Below, one piece after another: positions 43,983-54,367 of a DNA stretch of 64,000 nucleotides. The position numbers and the translations under genes are program-made. Below the pieces are notes generated by a model, which did not search any database, was not told the origin of the DNA, and was given only the letters and a program-made list of their open reading frames with translations. Where the stretch lies: positions 49,179-113,178 of the forward strand of contig JABMQJ010000001.1 of assembly GCA_013203315.1 (NCBI GenBank), given 5' to 3'. Source of the DNA: Candidatus Omnitrophota bacterium (GTDB lineage Bacteria > Omnitrophota > Gorgyraeia > JABMRN01 > RBG-13-46-9). Numbering within the stretch: position 1 is the first letter of the stretch; each line of letters opens with the position of its first letter.

Positions 43983-45896
43983 CTACTTGGCCTTCGTTGT
44001 TTCTGATTTATACATTACATCGCCCAACTTAAGGGCTTTTCGTTTTTTATCGATGTGCTTTATTATTATATGCGCACCCTTAATCGGGTCCTTTTCAAAC
44101 GCCCACTTTCCGCCTGTAACCTTTTCAACGTCTTCTGTGACGTATTTCATCATATTTTTGCTGCCGCTTACCGGAAATTCGTTTCCGAAAACAACAAGTG
44201 CACCTGATGCTACGAAATACCAGCCTATCGCAATCGCTTTTTCGCTCATCCATTCGGGTGCGGCGCCCGCGACCGGAAGTTCGTCTATCCCTTCGCCTAT
44301 TCCGCCCTCTTTTACCATGTTCGTGCAAGCTATAAGAATTCTTGAGTTATCAACGCACGAGCCAAGGTGTAACACCGGCGGTATACCTACTGCTTCGCAC
44401 ACCTCTTGAATGCCTTTGCCTGCAAACTTCCCAGCGGCTTCAGGTACGAGAAGTCCTTCTCTAGCGCAGGCTAAAGCTGAACAGCCGGTTTGCACCACTA
44501 ACACGTCGTGTTTTATTAACTCTTTTACCATTTGCATATGTGCCTTACTGCTTTGAATCTTGGGGTTATCACAACCAACAACACCTGCAACACCCCTTAT
44601 TCTTCCACTTATAATTGCGTCATTCAGTGGTCTGTAAGTTCCTCGGTATTTGCCGCCGAGATAATAGAATATGTTTTCTGCCGTAAATCCGGCGATAAGT
44701 TCCATTTTCTCTTTTGGAATATTTACCTTTTTCTTGTCTCGTTTCGGATAATTCTCAATGGCTTTTGTCACGATTTCCTTAGCTACTTCAAGAGCCTTTT
44801 CTTCCTCGAACTCTATATGCTCCATTCCCGGAAACTTCGCCTTTGGATGCGTTGAGATCAATTTTGTGTGAAAATACGACGCGACTGTCGTAAGGCCCGG
44901 TAAAATACACTGTAAATCAACAACCATCGCCTCCACCGCACCTGTTGCAATTGCCAATTCCTGTTGCAGGAAGCTACCTGCAACGGGTACCCCTCTTCGC
45001 ATTAGGATCTCGTTAGCCGTGCAGCATATACCGGCTATTGTAATGCCTTTTGCACCTTTGGACTTCGCTAATTTCAGCATCTCTTCATCTCGTGTAGCCG
45101 TAACTATGACATCGCTTAGAAGCGGTACGTGCCCATGAATGATTATGTTCACTTCGTCATCTTTTAAAACGCCCAGGTTCACCTGCGATCTAATTGCTTG
45201 CGGCGCGCCGAATAAAATATCGCTTGCCTCGGTAGCAATCATCGATCCTGCCCAACCGTCAGCAAGACTTGTTTTCATGGTGCCTAACATAATATTTTTA
45301 TAGTCGGCGTCCACACCTATATTTGTTCGTGACATCATCTCTACTATGGGTCTATCGATACCTTGTGGGACGATCTTAAGGTTTTTCCATATTTTCTGTT
45401 GTTTCTTCGGTGCCCTTTTGAAAAATACGGGCGCCTCATTTTGTTTCCCGAAATCCGCCAGCATTGCATTTCCTAAGTCGACTGCAATTTCTTCGTTTTT
45501 TCTGCCTTCTATCTTTATTCCGTATTCTCCGGCAACTTTTTTTAGTTTTTCCTCGCTCTTTATAGCATAACTCGGTGCTTTACCTTGCCCAAAAAGCAAG
45601 AGCGTGCGCGCAATTTCCCTTCCGTGGTCGGAGTGACAGGCACTTCCAGCCGCTGCGTGCCTTGCAAGATTCCTTGCGCTTATAGTATCGGCATTCGCTC
45701 CGCATGTTCCTACTTGCGGACCTTCGCCAAACGGGTCTATCCTGCACGGGCCCAGGTTGCAATTCTTGCAACAAAGCCCTAAAGTGCCGAATCCGCAGTG
45801 CGGGTCCTGTGCATCATAACGCTGCCATATAGTTTCAATACCGCAGGAGTAACAAATCTCATGAAGTTTTTCTGCGCTTATTTTTTCTTTAGCCAT
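43983..45896 (-). CDS. cooS: Ni,Fe carbon monoxide dehydrogenase
   Basis: B/D-cluster CGFG..CCKNCNLGPC; C-cluster ligands HGH, CCT, DLQC, GCDN, TGCS, GSCVD; SEKA. Confidence 0.96.
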   Translation of the reverse strand: MAKEKISAEKLHEICYSCGIETIWQRYDAQDPHCGFGTLGLCCKNCNLGPCRIDPFGEGPQVGTCGANADTISARNLARHAAAGSACHSDHGREIARTLLLFGQGKAPSYAIKSEEKLKKVAGEYGIKIEGRKNEEIAVDLGNAMLADFGKQNEAPVFFKRAPKKQQKIWKNLKIVPQGIDRPIVEMMSRTNIGVDADYKNIMLGTMKTSLADGWAGSMIATEASDILFGAPQAIRSQVNLGVLKDDEVNIIIHGHVPLLSDVIVTATRDEEMLKLAKSKGAKGITIAGICCTANEILMRRGVPVAGSFLQQELAIATGAVEAMVVDLQCILPGLTTVASYFHTKLISTHPKAKFPGMEHIEFEEEKALEVAKEIVTKAIENYPKRDKKKVNIPKEKMELIAGFTAENIFYYLGGKYRGTYRPLNDAIISGRIRGVAGVVGCDNPKIQSSKAHMQMVKELIKHDVLVVQTGCSALACAREGLLVPEAAGKFAGKGIQEVCEAVGIPPVLHLGSCVDNSRILIACTNMVKEGGIGEGIDELPVAGAAPEWMSEKAIAIGWYFVASGALVVFGNEFPVSGSKNMMKYVTEDVEKVTGGKWAFEKDPIKGAHIIIKHIDKKRKALKLGDVMYKSETTKAK

Positions 45897-46657
45897 TAAC
45901 TTAATTCCTCCTTTAATAGATTCTTTATCTTTTCCATGCCGGTTGATATCTTTTTTGAAACAACTGAAAAACCCTCATATTTATCCTGTTTTAAAAGTTC
46001 TTCGTCAAAATCTATCGTTTCGATTAATTTTATTTTCCCGAGTTCTTTTTCTATAAATGTTTTATCGGCAACCGTTCTCACTTTATTGCCGATCGCGTAA
46101 ACTTTCTTTACTCCTATGTCTTTTGCAAGTTCGTTTACATTTTTAGCGGTTTGTATGGAGTTCAAAGACGGCTCAACTACCGCAAGAACAAAGTTGCACC
46201 CCTCAGCAGTACCCCTTCCGAAGTGCTCAAGACCGGCCTCCATGTCCATTACAAGATTCTCGTCTCTTTTTAAGACAAGGTGGCTTATTAAATTCTTTAC
46301 AAACGCGTTTTCCGGGCACATGCAGCCTGCTCCGCCTTCTTTTACGGCACCCATCACGATTAATTTTACATTGCCGTTCGTGCGGGAAAACTTATCGGGT
46401 ATATCGTCTATTTTTGGGTTTAATTTATAAAAAGACTTCTTCCCCTTTTCGACACCCATGCGTTTGTTTATCATGTCTTCCATTTTAACGATGGGTTTTA
46501 TTTTTTCCGCGTCACCAAATCCGAGATTTCTCGCCAGATTACTGTCCGGATCACAATCAATCGCGAGAACCTCTCCCTCTTTAGAAAGAACGTTTACAAA
46601 AATACTAGCAAGCGTTGTCTTCCCGACCCCGCCTTTTCCCGTAAAAGCTATTTTCAT
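45896..46657 (-). CDS. cooC: CODH nickel-insertion ATPase
   Basis: GKGGVGKT, GCMCPEN, DMEAGLEH. Confidence 0.92.
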   Translation of the reverse strand: MKIAFTGKGGVGKTTLASIFVNVLSKEGEVLAIDCDPDSNLARNLGFGDAEKIKPIVKMEDMINKRMGVEKGKKSFYKLNPKIDDIPDKFSRTNGNVKLIVMGAVKEGGAGCMCPENAFVKNLISHLVLKRDENLVMDMEAGLEHFGRGTAEGCNFVLAVVEPSLNSIQTAKNVNELAKDIGVKKVYAIGNKVRTVADKTFIEKELGKIKLIETIDFDEELLKQDKYEGFSVVSKKISTGMEKIKNLLKEELS

Positions 46658-47517
46658 ATTTTGTTCTGCAGCTTAAAAGCACTTACGACGTTTCGTAGGA
46701 GCATTGTTACCGTGAGCGGGCCTACGCCGCCGGGTACGGGTGTAATAAACTCAGCCTTTTCTTTTGCCTTCTCGAACTCTACGTCGCCTACGAGTTTACC
46801 GTCAACCCTGTTAATCCCTACATCTATAACTATAGCGCCTTCTTTTACCCAGTCACCCTTAACAATCCCTGCCTTGCCGACAGCGACTACTAAAATTTCC
46901 GCTTTCTTTACATGCTCGGGCAAAACACCGCGCTCGCCTGTTGCGATATGGCAAACGGTAGTAGTGACAAACTTGTTTAAGAGCAGAAGCGAAAGCGGCT
47001 TTCCAACGATTTCTGAATGTCCGACAATCACGGCTTCCTTACCGTAGAGCTTCACTCCGCTGGACTCTATAAGCTCCATCGCTGCCTGTGCCGTGCAGGG
47101 AGCAAGCTTCGCATCGCCCAAAAGCACGTGGCCCAGGTTTTCCGGGTGCATACCCTCGGCATCTTTCCCCGGAGCAATGCTACTCATAACCAGCTTATGG
47201 TCTACGCCTTTCGGAAGCGGGAGTTGGACGATTATGCCCGATACACTTTTATCCTGATTTAATTTTTGTATCTCCCCTATTAAAGCGTCCTCGGTCATGC
47301 CGGCGTCGAGTGTCTTTAATTCATACTCGATCCCTAAGTTTTCGGCGTTTTTCTTTTGCGATTTTATATAAACTGCTGATGCCGCGTTCTCGCCTACCTG
47401 GATACTGACAAGCTTTGGCGTTTTACCGGTTTTTTGCTTTAAAGACTCGATTTCTTTTTTTAAGCCTTCTTTTATCTTACCGGCAATAGTTTTTCCTTCT
47501 AATAGCTTTGCACTCAT
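46654..47517 (-). CDS. folD: Methylene-THF dehydrogenase (FolD family)
   Basis: IVQLPLP, PCT, IVGKP, DVGIN, TPVPGGVGP. Confidence 0.93.
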   Translation of the reverse strand: MSAKLLEGKTIAGKIKEGLKKEIESLKQKTGKTPKLVSIQVGENAASAVYIKSQKKNAENLGIEYELKTLDAGMTEDALIGEIQKLNQDKSVSGIIVQLPLPKGVDHKLVMSSIAPGKDAEGMHPENLGHVLLGDAKLAPCTAQAAMELIESSGVKLYGKEAVIVGHSEIVGKPLSLLLLNKFVTTTVCHIATGERGVLPEHVKKAEILVVAVGKAGIVKGDWVKEGAIVIDVGINRVDGKLVGDVEFEKAKEKAEFITPVPGGVGPLTVTMLLRNVVSAFKLQNKI

Positions 47518-47519
47518 GA

Positions 47520-48392
47520 TTAACCCCTTACCCTATTTATCACTTCTCGTGTCGGCTCTACTTTATTCAAAGAATAAAAGTGAAGTCCCGGCGCGCCACC
47601 CTTAAGCAATTCCCTGCATTGGTCTACCGCGAAATCCACGCCTGCTTTGTACGTAGCCTCGAGGTTATCCGCTAAGGGCTTAAATATATCGTGCACCTTT
47701 TCGGGAATCGTGGCCCCACAAGTAGCACAGAACCTAAGTAGCGTTTTGTAATTTGTTATTGTCAGCATTCCAGGAAAAATACGCGCGTTTACGCCGACTT
47801 TTTTGGTTCTTTCCAGATATTCGAAATAATCCTTATTGTCAAAGAAAAGCTGTGTCATTATGAACTCTCCGCCCGCGTCCATCTTGATCTTAAGGTGCTT
47901 GGAGTCCGTTTCCTTATCAGGACAATGGATGTGCCCCTCGGGAAAACCCGCTACGCCTATACTGAAAAAATCACCAAACGACTTGATAAGCTCGACAAGC
48001 TGGTAGGAATACTCAAAGCCGTCCGGGGAAGGCGTCCAGAACTCTTCGCCTTCCGGCGCGTCACCGCGAAGTGCGAGAACGTTACATATATTTTTTTCTT
48101 TCATTTTTCCGAGTATCTTTTTCAGCTCTTCCTGGCTGTGGCCTACACAGGTAAAGTGATGCATTACCGGCACGTCGAATTTCTTCTGAAGTTCTTCTAC
48201 GATCTCCATCGTAGCTTCCCTCGTGGATCCGCCCGCGCCATAAGTCACGGAAAACCAATCTATGCCCATCTCGGTAAAAACCTTCGCGACCTCGGGAAGT
48301 TTCGCCCTTCCTTTTTCTGTTTTTGGCGGAAAAAATTCAATAGAATAAGTGCGTTCTTTTTCTTTCAGGATGTCCGATATTTTCTTTATCAC
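47520..48392 (-). CDS. metF: Methylene-THF reductase
   Basis: IEFFPPKT, SVTYGAGG, LALRGD, TQLFFD, HFYSLN. Confidence 0.93.
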   Translation of the reverse strand: MIKKISDILKEKERTYSIEFFPPKTEKGRAKLPEVAKVFTEMGIDWFSVTYGAGGSTREATMEIVEELQKKFDVPVMHHFTCVGHSQEELKKILGKMKEKNICNVLALRGDAPEGEEFWTPSPDGFEYSYQLVELIKSFGDFFSIGVAGFPEGHIHCPDKETDSKHLKIKMDAGGEFIMTQLFFDNKDYFEYLERTKKVGVNARIFPGMLTITNYKTLLRFCATCGATIPEKVHDIFKPLADNLEATYKAGVDFAVDQCRELLKGGAPGLHFYSLNKVEPTREVINRVRG

Positions 48393-49000
48393 TTTATCCC
48401 CTCCTCTACCCCTTTTGCTACCTCTTGGTCAATTTTATTTATTTCCTCCCGCATCGACATAAGGTTCTCCCTTACAGCGTGCGCAAGCGTCTTATCTTTT
48501 ATGCTTTTAAGGTTTATTTCTACATTGAGAAGCGCTGAGCCGAATGCGCAGTCAAGCATGAGGGCAGCGTCACCCACGTCTGTTATTAAATTTTTGTTGC
48601 CCTTCTTGCAAAGCGATAAACATAGCTCAAAAGCCTTGTTAACAGTCTGGCAAACTTCGAAAGGCACCTGCATTGCTTCTTTTAAGGCCGCCTTTAGCTT
48701 TTTAGCACGCACTTCCCCTTTTGGCATTTTGAAAACTTTTGAAAGTTTTTTGTACGCTTTTGCGTCGTCCGAGCAGAGTTTCATGAATTCACCGCGCAGG
48801 GCCTCGGCGCAATTTAAAACGTCTTTCATTTCGTCTTCGACGCCCCTATACTTTTCCTTACCTATTGTAAAGTTTGCGACTTTGCTTAAAAGCGCTGCCC
48901 CTACCGCACCGACAAGCGCCGCTGCGCTTCCGCCTCCGGGGATGGGTGACTTCGACGCCAGTTCTTTCAGGTATTTATTTATTGTTCCTTTACCGTACAT
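48389..49000 (-). CDS. fchA: Methenyl-THF cyclohydrolase (FTCD-C family)
   Basis: PIPGGGSAAA, GNKNLITD, NVEINL. Confidence 0.88.
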   Translation of the reverse strand: MYGKGTINKYLKELASKSPIPGGGSAAALVGAVGAALLSKVANFTIGKEKYRGVEDEMKDVLNCAEALRGEFMKLCSDDAKAYKKLSKVFKMPKGEVRAKKLKAALKEAMQVPFEVCQTVNKAFELCLSLCKKGNKNLITDVGDAALMLDCAFGSALLNVEINLKSIKDKTLAHAVRENLMSMREEINKIDQEVAKGVEEGIK

Positions 49001-50703
49001 TAGAATAACCCCACTGTTTTTCCGTCTTTATCAATGTCTACCTTCTCACCCGCCGGATGCGTCGGAAGCCCCGGCATGGTGCGCATTGTTCCGCATAAGG
49101 GATATAAAAATCCCGCACCCACGGATGCGCGCACGTCCCTTACCGGTAAAGTAAAGCCTTCGGGACGACCTTTCAGCTTCGGATCGTGTGAAATAGAAAG
49201 ATGTGTCTTTGCCATGCAAAGAGGTAATTTGTCGTAACCCAGTTTTGTATAAAGCTCTATTGATTTCTCAGCGGCCTCTTCATAATGGACATCTTTTGCG
49301 CCGTAAATTTTAGTCGCAATTGTTTCTATTTTTTCCTTTATAGATAAATCCGCCGGATAAAGAAGCTTGAAGTTTGATTTTTTCTCTGCGGCGCGCACTA
49401 CTGCCTTTGCCACCTCAGTTCCGCCCTTTCCGCCTTCGGCCCAAACTTCGCTAAGGACAGCGTCTTCCGCGCCAGCTGCTATTGCCTTTTTGCGGATAAG
49501 ATCTATCTCTTTTTTCGTATCGGTAGTAAATTTATTTACAGCGACAACTACCGGTATACCGAAAAGCTTCATGTTTTCTATGTGCTTTTCCAAGTTTACG
49601 CAGCCTTCCGCGAGTGATTCCAGATCCTCCTCCAGGAGTTTCGGATCAAGCGGCTTACCGGCTACGACTTTAAATTTTCCGGAATGCATTTTAAGCGCCC
49701 GCACGGTGGCTACCATGACTACACAGTCGGGTTTAAGACCGCTCATTCTGCATTTTATGTCAAAGAATTTTTCCGCGCCGCAGTCCGCGCCAAAACCGGA
49801 CTCTGTTACAACGTAATCCGAGAGCTTAAGCGCTATCTTGTCGGCAATTATAGAACTATTTCCGTGCGCAATGTTGGCAAATGGGCCCGCGTGCACAAAA
49901 CACGGCGTATTTTCAAGTGTCTGAAGCAGGTTCGGCTTAAGCGCATTCTTTAAAAGGACAGCCATCGCGCCCGCTACCTTTATATCTTCAGCCGTAACCG
50001 GTTTTCCGTCTTTTGTCGTAGCGAGAACAATTTTCCCTAAGCGTTTACGCAAATCTTTCAAGCCATCGGTAAGCGCAAGTATCGCCATTACTTCGCTCGC
50101 GACCGTAATATCGAATCCCGAGTCGCGTGGAATACCGTCGTTTGGCGTACCAAGCCCGATCTTTATATTACGTAGGAATCTATCCGAGACGTCCACGACA
50201 CGTCGCCACTTTATCGAAGACGGATCAATGTTCAAAGGGTTTCCTTTTAAAACAGAGTTGTCCAAAAATGCCGCGCAAAGATTGTGTGCCAAACCAACCG
50301 CGTGAACATCGCCGGTAAGGTGTAGGTTGAAATCCTCCATCGGCACTACCTGTGAGTAACCCCCGCCTGCTGCGCCGCCCTTTATGCCGAACACCGGCCC
50401 CAGGGACGGTTGGCGTATGCAAACAATTGCATTCTTGCCGATCCGATTAAGAGCCATGGCAAGGCCGATCGTGTTAACGGTCTTTCCTTCCCCTAAGGGA
50501 GTGGGTGTGATTGCGGTAACATCGATGTATTTTCCGTTTTTTCTTGCCTTTAGGCGATCCGTTACAGAAAGCGACACTTTCGCCATGTGATCCCCGTAAA
50601 GATAAAGGTCTTTTTCTTTTAAGCCTATTTTTTTGGCGATTTTCTTTATGGGTTCAAGATGCGCTTTTTGCGCAATTGCCAAATCAGATGGTACCTTTTT
50701 CAT
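49000..50703 (-). CDS. fhs: Formate-tetrahydrofolate ligase
   Basis: TPTPLGEGKT, KGGAAGGGY, HAGPFANIAHG, TMPGLP. Confidence 0.97.
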   Translation of the reverse strand: MKKVPSDLAIAQKAHLEPIKKIAKKIGLKEKDLYLYGDHMAKVSLSVTDRLKARKNGKYIDVTAITPTPLGEGKTVNTIGLAMALNRIGKNAIVCIRQPSLGPVFGIKGGAAGGGYSQVVPMEDFNLHLTGDVHAVGLAHNLCAAFLDNSVLKGNPLNIDPSSIKWRRVVDVSDRFLRNIKIGLGTPNDGIPRDSGFDITVASEVMAILALTDGLKDLRKRLGKIVLATTKDGKPVTAEDIKVAGAMAVLLKNALKPNLLQTLENTPCFVHAGPFANIAHGNSSIIADKIALKLSDYVVTESGFGADCGAEKFFDIKCRMSGLKPDCVVMVATVRALKMHSGKFKVVAGKPLDPKLLEEDLESLAEGCVNLEKHIENMKLFGIPVVVAVNKFTTDTKKEIDLIRKKAIAAGAEDAVLSEVWAEGGKGGTEVAKAVVRAAEKKSNFKLLYPADLSIKEKIETIATKIYGAKDVHYEEAAEKSIELYTKLGYDKLPLCMAKTHLSISHDPKLKGRPEGFTLPVRDVRASVGAGFLYPLCGTMRTMPGLPTHPAGEKVDIDKDGKTVGLF

Positions 50704-50704
50704 G

Positions 50705-51397
50705 TCAGGCTCCTTTGGAAATTTCTTTCGCGATGTCTTGAAGTTTTTTTAAACTTTTCTCGCAGTCTTCTGCTTTGTAAAGAGGCGTACCCATCCCGCA
50801 AGGTAGGGTTATCAAATCTCCTGCCTTAAAATCTTTAACGTCTTTTGCTTCTTTTGCGCCCCAGGAGATCCTTTTCCCGCTTCTATACTTGGAATATTTC
50901 GTAAGATCAAACTGCGAGGCGTCAAAGCTTATTATCTGGATATTTGAGTCAAATAAAAGATCCCAATCCATGTTGCCGCAAACATGCACGCCGCGAATTA
51001 CAGAAATACTTGAAAAGAGCGCTTCCCACAGGTCTTTGTAGTTTATGCCGGATTGCCCGAGGGCAGGTTCGTCAAGGTAAAGTATCGTCTCCTTGGCATC
51101 TAAACCATCCATGACAACCGTTACATGATCGAGTATTCTTGCAATAGCCTCATCCGGATTATACCCGGCCAGGGTCAATGTCGCCGGGCCTACGCACTGT
51201 ATTTTTACTGTTTCGAATTTGTTTTTCTTGAATTCGCTAAGACAGCTTAACTTACCTGGGGTTTTAATGTATTCCAGCATAGCATCCCCTTTTTTCGGAA
51301 GTTCCGGTAAAAAGGGAATATCGTGTTTTAAGCTATAGGCTACGGCCATCTTTACATCTTCAAGCGGTAAAGATCCTACTTGTGTGATTGTTTTCAT
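50705..51397 (-). CDS. Miniature core (MesB-like) methionine synthase
   Basis: [28 protein letters not shown] and PCG zinc-ligand motifs; 230 aa. Confidence 0.65.
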   Translation of the reverse strand: MKTITQVGSLPLEDVKMAVAYSLKHDIPFLPELPKKGDAMLEYIKTPGKLSCLSEFKKNKFETVKIQCVGPATLTLAGYNPDEAIARILDHVTVVMDGLDAKETILYLDEPALGQSGINYKDLWEALFSSISVIRGVHVCGNMDWDLLFDSNIQIISFDASQFDLTKYSKYRSGKRISWGAKEAKDVKDFKAGDLITLPCGMGTPLYKAEDCEKSLKKLQDIAKEISKGA

Positions 51398-51948
51398 TTT
51401 ATAAGCGCCAACGTCTCGGCTCGCGTCTTAGAGTTAGTCCTAAAGATACCCCTTACTGCGCTTGTTATGGTTACGGTTCCCGGTTTCTTTACTCCGCGCA
51501 TCGTCATGCAGAGGTGTTCTGCCTCAATTACCACCATGACGCCTTTGGGCCGGAGCTTTTTTACGATAGTATCGGCAACTTGAGTTGTGAGCCTTTCCTG
51601 AACCTGCAAACGCTTCGATAACACGTCGACAACCCTCGCGAGCTTACTTAAACCCGTTACCCTATTACCTTGAGGAACATATGCAACATGCGCCTTGCCG
51701 ACAAAGGGTAAAAGATGATGTTCACATATTGAATAAAGTGGGATGCCTTTTAGAAGGACTACCTCGTCATGGCCTCCGGATAAGAGAACTTCAAGCTCTT
51801 TACCGGGATCTTTTTTCATGCCGCTTAGTATTTCTTCGTACATTTCGGCTACCCGGCGCGGGGTATCCAAAAGGTCCTGCCTTTTCGGGTTATCCCCTAC
51901 TGCTTCAAGTATCTCTTTTACTGCCTTGGTTATTTTTTTCTTATCCAT
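51394..51948 (-). CDS. folE: GTP cyclohydrolase I
   Basis: [30 protein letters not shown]. Confidence 0.96.
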   Translation of the reverse strand: MDKKKITKAVKEILEAVGDNPKRQDLLDTPRRVAEMYEEILSGMKKDPGKELEVLLSGGHDEVVLLKGIPLYSICEHHLLPFVGKAHVAYVPQGNRVTGLSKLARVVDVLSKRLQVQERLTTQVADTIVKKLRPKGVMVVIEAEHLCMTMRGVKKPGTVTITSAVRGIFRTNSKTRAETLALIK

Positions 51949-51951
51949 TGT

Positions 51952-53523
51952 TTAGTGCTTGAAATGCCTGGCGCCGGTAAACACCATGCTGATACCGTAT
52001 TCGTCGCAGGCTTTTATAATTTCTTCGTCGCCCTTTGACCCGCCGGGCTGAATTATAGACGTTATGCCGGCTTTATGCGCCTGATCTATGGCGTCGCGCT
52101 TCGGGAAGAAAGCGTCACTGGCGAGTGTAGCGCCGCGCGTTTTTTCTTTTGCTTTGCGGCAGGCGATAATTACGGAATCAACCCTGGACATCTGGCCTGC
52201 GCCGATACCGACAGTCTTTGTTCCGTCGCATATGACTATCGCGTTACTCTTTACATGCTTTACGATAATCCACCCGAAAAGAAGCGAGTCTATATCTGTC
52301 TTTGTAGGCTTGGCCTTCGTTACTACTTTAAGGTCTTTTTCGGTTACAACCTTTAAATCCATGTCCTGGAGAAGAATTCCGCCCACTACCCTTTTATAAT
52401 CCATTTCGCCTTTTTGCGTTTTCTTAAAATTCGGTACTTCCAGAAGCCTTAAATTCTTTTTCTTCAAAAACATGTCCTGCGCGTCGCTTTCAAAAGAAGG
52501 CGCTATAATGCATTCTACAAAATCTGCTTCCTTCATGATAACTTCGGCAAGTTTTTCGTCTACTTTGCCGTTAAATCCCACTATACTGCCAAAAGCGCTT
52601 AGCCTGTCGCAGCTTAAAGCATTGAGATAGGCCTGCGCTAGTGAGTTTGCCACTGCTGCGCCGCAGGGATTGGTATGTTTTATAACACTCGCGGCCGGTT
52701 TATCAAAATCCTTGACTATCTCGATAGCGGCATTTAAATCTATGATGTTATTAAACGACAGCTCCTTGCCTTGAAGTTGTCTTGCGTTACATATCCCGGA
52801 TTCACGTGAGCTCGGGTCCTTATAAAATGCTGCTGTTTGATGCGGGTTTTCGCCGTATCTTAAATCCTGCACTTTTTCAAACGTTAAATTTAATTGTTTA
52901 GGAAAAGTGCCGGCTGCGGTTTCCTCGGACGCTGCACCCTTGCTCAAATAGCTGTATATGGCACTGTCGTATTCTGACGTGCGTTTAAATACCTCGATTG
53001 CCAATGCGTTAATAGTGGCCTCTGAAAGCGAGCCATCGCTACTTTTAAGTTCTTTAATTATATCCGGATATTTCGCGGGGTTTGTGATGACAGCTACTGA
53101 TTTATGGTTCTTTGCCGCGCTTCTTAGCATCGAAGGCCCGCCTATGTCTATATTCTCTATGGCCTCTTCAAGCTTTACGCCTTCTTTTGCTACGGTTTTT
53201 TCAAAGGGATAGAGATTTACAATAACCATGTCGATCATTTCGATCTTGTGCTCTTTTGCCTGGCCCATATGGGATTCGTTATCTCTTAAAGCCAGGAGCC
53301 CCCCGTGTATCTTGGGATGGAGTGTTTTTACACGGCCGTTCATCATCTCGGGAAAACCTGTATATTCGGAGACGTCTTTTACGGGTATGCCTAAATCCTT
53401 TATTCGTTTTGCGGTGCCACCGGTAGACAGCATCTCTACGCCAAATTCGTTAAGTGTTTTAACTAAATCGTCTAAACCTGTCTTGTCAGATACGCTGATT
53501 AAAGCCCTTTTGATCTTTGCCAT
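51952..53523 (-). CDS. purH: AICAR transformylase / IMP cyclohydrolase
   Basis: ALISVSDK, RVKTLHP, RYGENPHQ, ASDAFFP; start ATG 53523. Confidence 0.96.
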   Translation of the reverse strand: MAKIKRALISVSDKTGLDDLVKTLNEFGVEMLSTGGTAKRIKDLGIPVKDVSEYTGFPEMMNGRVKTLHPKIHGGLLALRDNESHMGQAKEHKIEMIDMVIVNLYPFEKTVAKEGVKLEEAIENIDIGGPSMLRSAAKNHKSVAVITNPAKYPDIIKELKSSDGSLSEATINALAIEVFKRTSEYDSAIYSYLSKGAASEETAAGTFPKQLNLTFEKVQDLRYGENPHQTAAFYKDPSSRESGICNARQLQGKELSFNNIIDLNAAIEIVKDFDKPAASVIKHTNPCGAAVANSLAQAYLNALSCDRLSAFGSIVGFNGKVDEKLAEVIMKEADFVECIIAPSFESDAQDMFLKKKNLRLLEVPNFKKTQKGEMDYKRVVGGILLQDMDLKVVTEKDLKVVTKAKPTKTDIDSLLFGWIIVKHVKSNAIVICDGTKTVGIGAGQMSRVDSVIIACRKAKEKTRGATLASDAFFPKRDAIDQAHKAGITSIIQPGGSKGDEEIIKACDEYGISMVFTGARHFKH

Positions 53524-53579
53524 CCCTGTCCTCCGCATCAGTTATATACTATTATTATGACACAGTATAGTAGAAGAAA

Positions 53580-53608
53580 ATTTTAGCATAGAGACGGGCA
53601 AAATACAA
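53580..53608 (-). promoter_or_regulatory. Candidate promoter of the purH-WLP cluster
   Basis: TTGTAT-N17-TAAAAT with an extended TG. Confidence 0.5.
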
Positions 53609-53623
53609 GCAGAAAAGGAAGGA

Positions 53624-54364
53624 TTACCTATTCAAAATCAGGCTCAAAAAAGCGATAACCAGGCAGTAATAGCCGAACTTGTCGAAATTCTTGCTTATAA
53701 GCATTTTTCGCACGATAAACAAGGCCAATATCCCGAATAAAAATGCAGCTATCCCCCCTTTTACCATGTCCGCAAGAGGAACCACGGAATTAAGAAACTC
53801 TTTAACCTTTAGCAGGGAAACTAGGGAAATTATCGGGATAGCCATTAAAAACGACAGGGTAAAAGCTTCTTTTGCCTTAAAGCCGCGTTTTAATAAACCG
53901 GCTATTGTAATGCCTGAACGCGAGATCCCCGGTAAAACCGCAAAACCCTGAAGTGCTCCCATGATAAGCGCATCTTTTAATTTAAAAGCGTCTCTGTCTT
54001 TTTTTTCGGGCGCGTTTCTTGTCTTAAGAAGAATTCCGGCATTTAAAAGCAGGAAAAAGCTCACGAAATACTTGCTATCAAATAGGTTCTTTGCGAACAT
54101 ATCGATAAAAAGACCTAAAGCAGCAGTAATGGCTGTAATAATACCGATGTGAATCAATAACTTTTTGTTTGTCAGGGTTTTTATTATTTCTTTGCGTAAA
54201 AATATGCAAACGGCTAAAAGGGTGACAAAGTGCAGAAAAACAAAAAAAGGAAGAAGATTCCCGGACATGCCCAGGTAATTCTTTATGAGATAAAGGTGCC
54301 CGGAACTGCTTATGGGCAGGAATTCGGTAAGCCCCTGAACGATGCCGAGGAATATGATCTCCAT
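53624..54364 (-). CDS. uppP: Undecaprenyl-diphosphate phosphatase
   Basis: QGLTEFLPISSSGH, PGISRSG. Confidence 0.93.
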   Translation of the reverse strand: MEIIFLGIVQGLTEFLPISSSGHLYLIKNYLGMSGNLLPFFVFLHFVTLLAVCIFLRKEIIKTLTNKKLLIHIGIITAITAALGLFIDMFAKNLFDSKYFVSFFLLLNAGILLKTRNAPEKKDRDAFKLKDALIMGALQGFAVLPGISRSGITIAGLLKRGFKAKEAFTLSFLMAIPIISLVSLLKVKEFLNSVVPLADMVKGGIAAFLFGILALFIVRKMLISKNFDKFGYYCLVIAFLSLILNR

Positions 54365-54367
54365 GAA

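Noticed and set aside
47895-49154. 419 aa plus-strand ORF
   Set aside because: Antisense shadow of metF/fchA/fhs with no recognisable motifs
53524-53623. ZTP riboswitch or operator (TATACT..AGTATA) upstream of purH
   Set aside because: AT-rich and short, no ZTP consensus; the 6-7 bp IR is too weak to call
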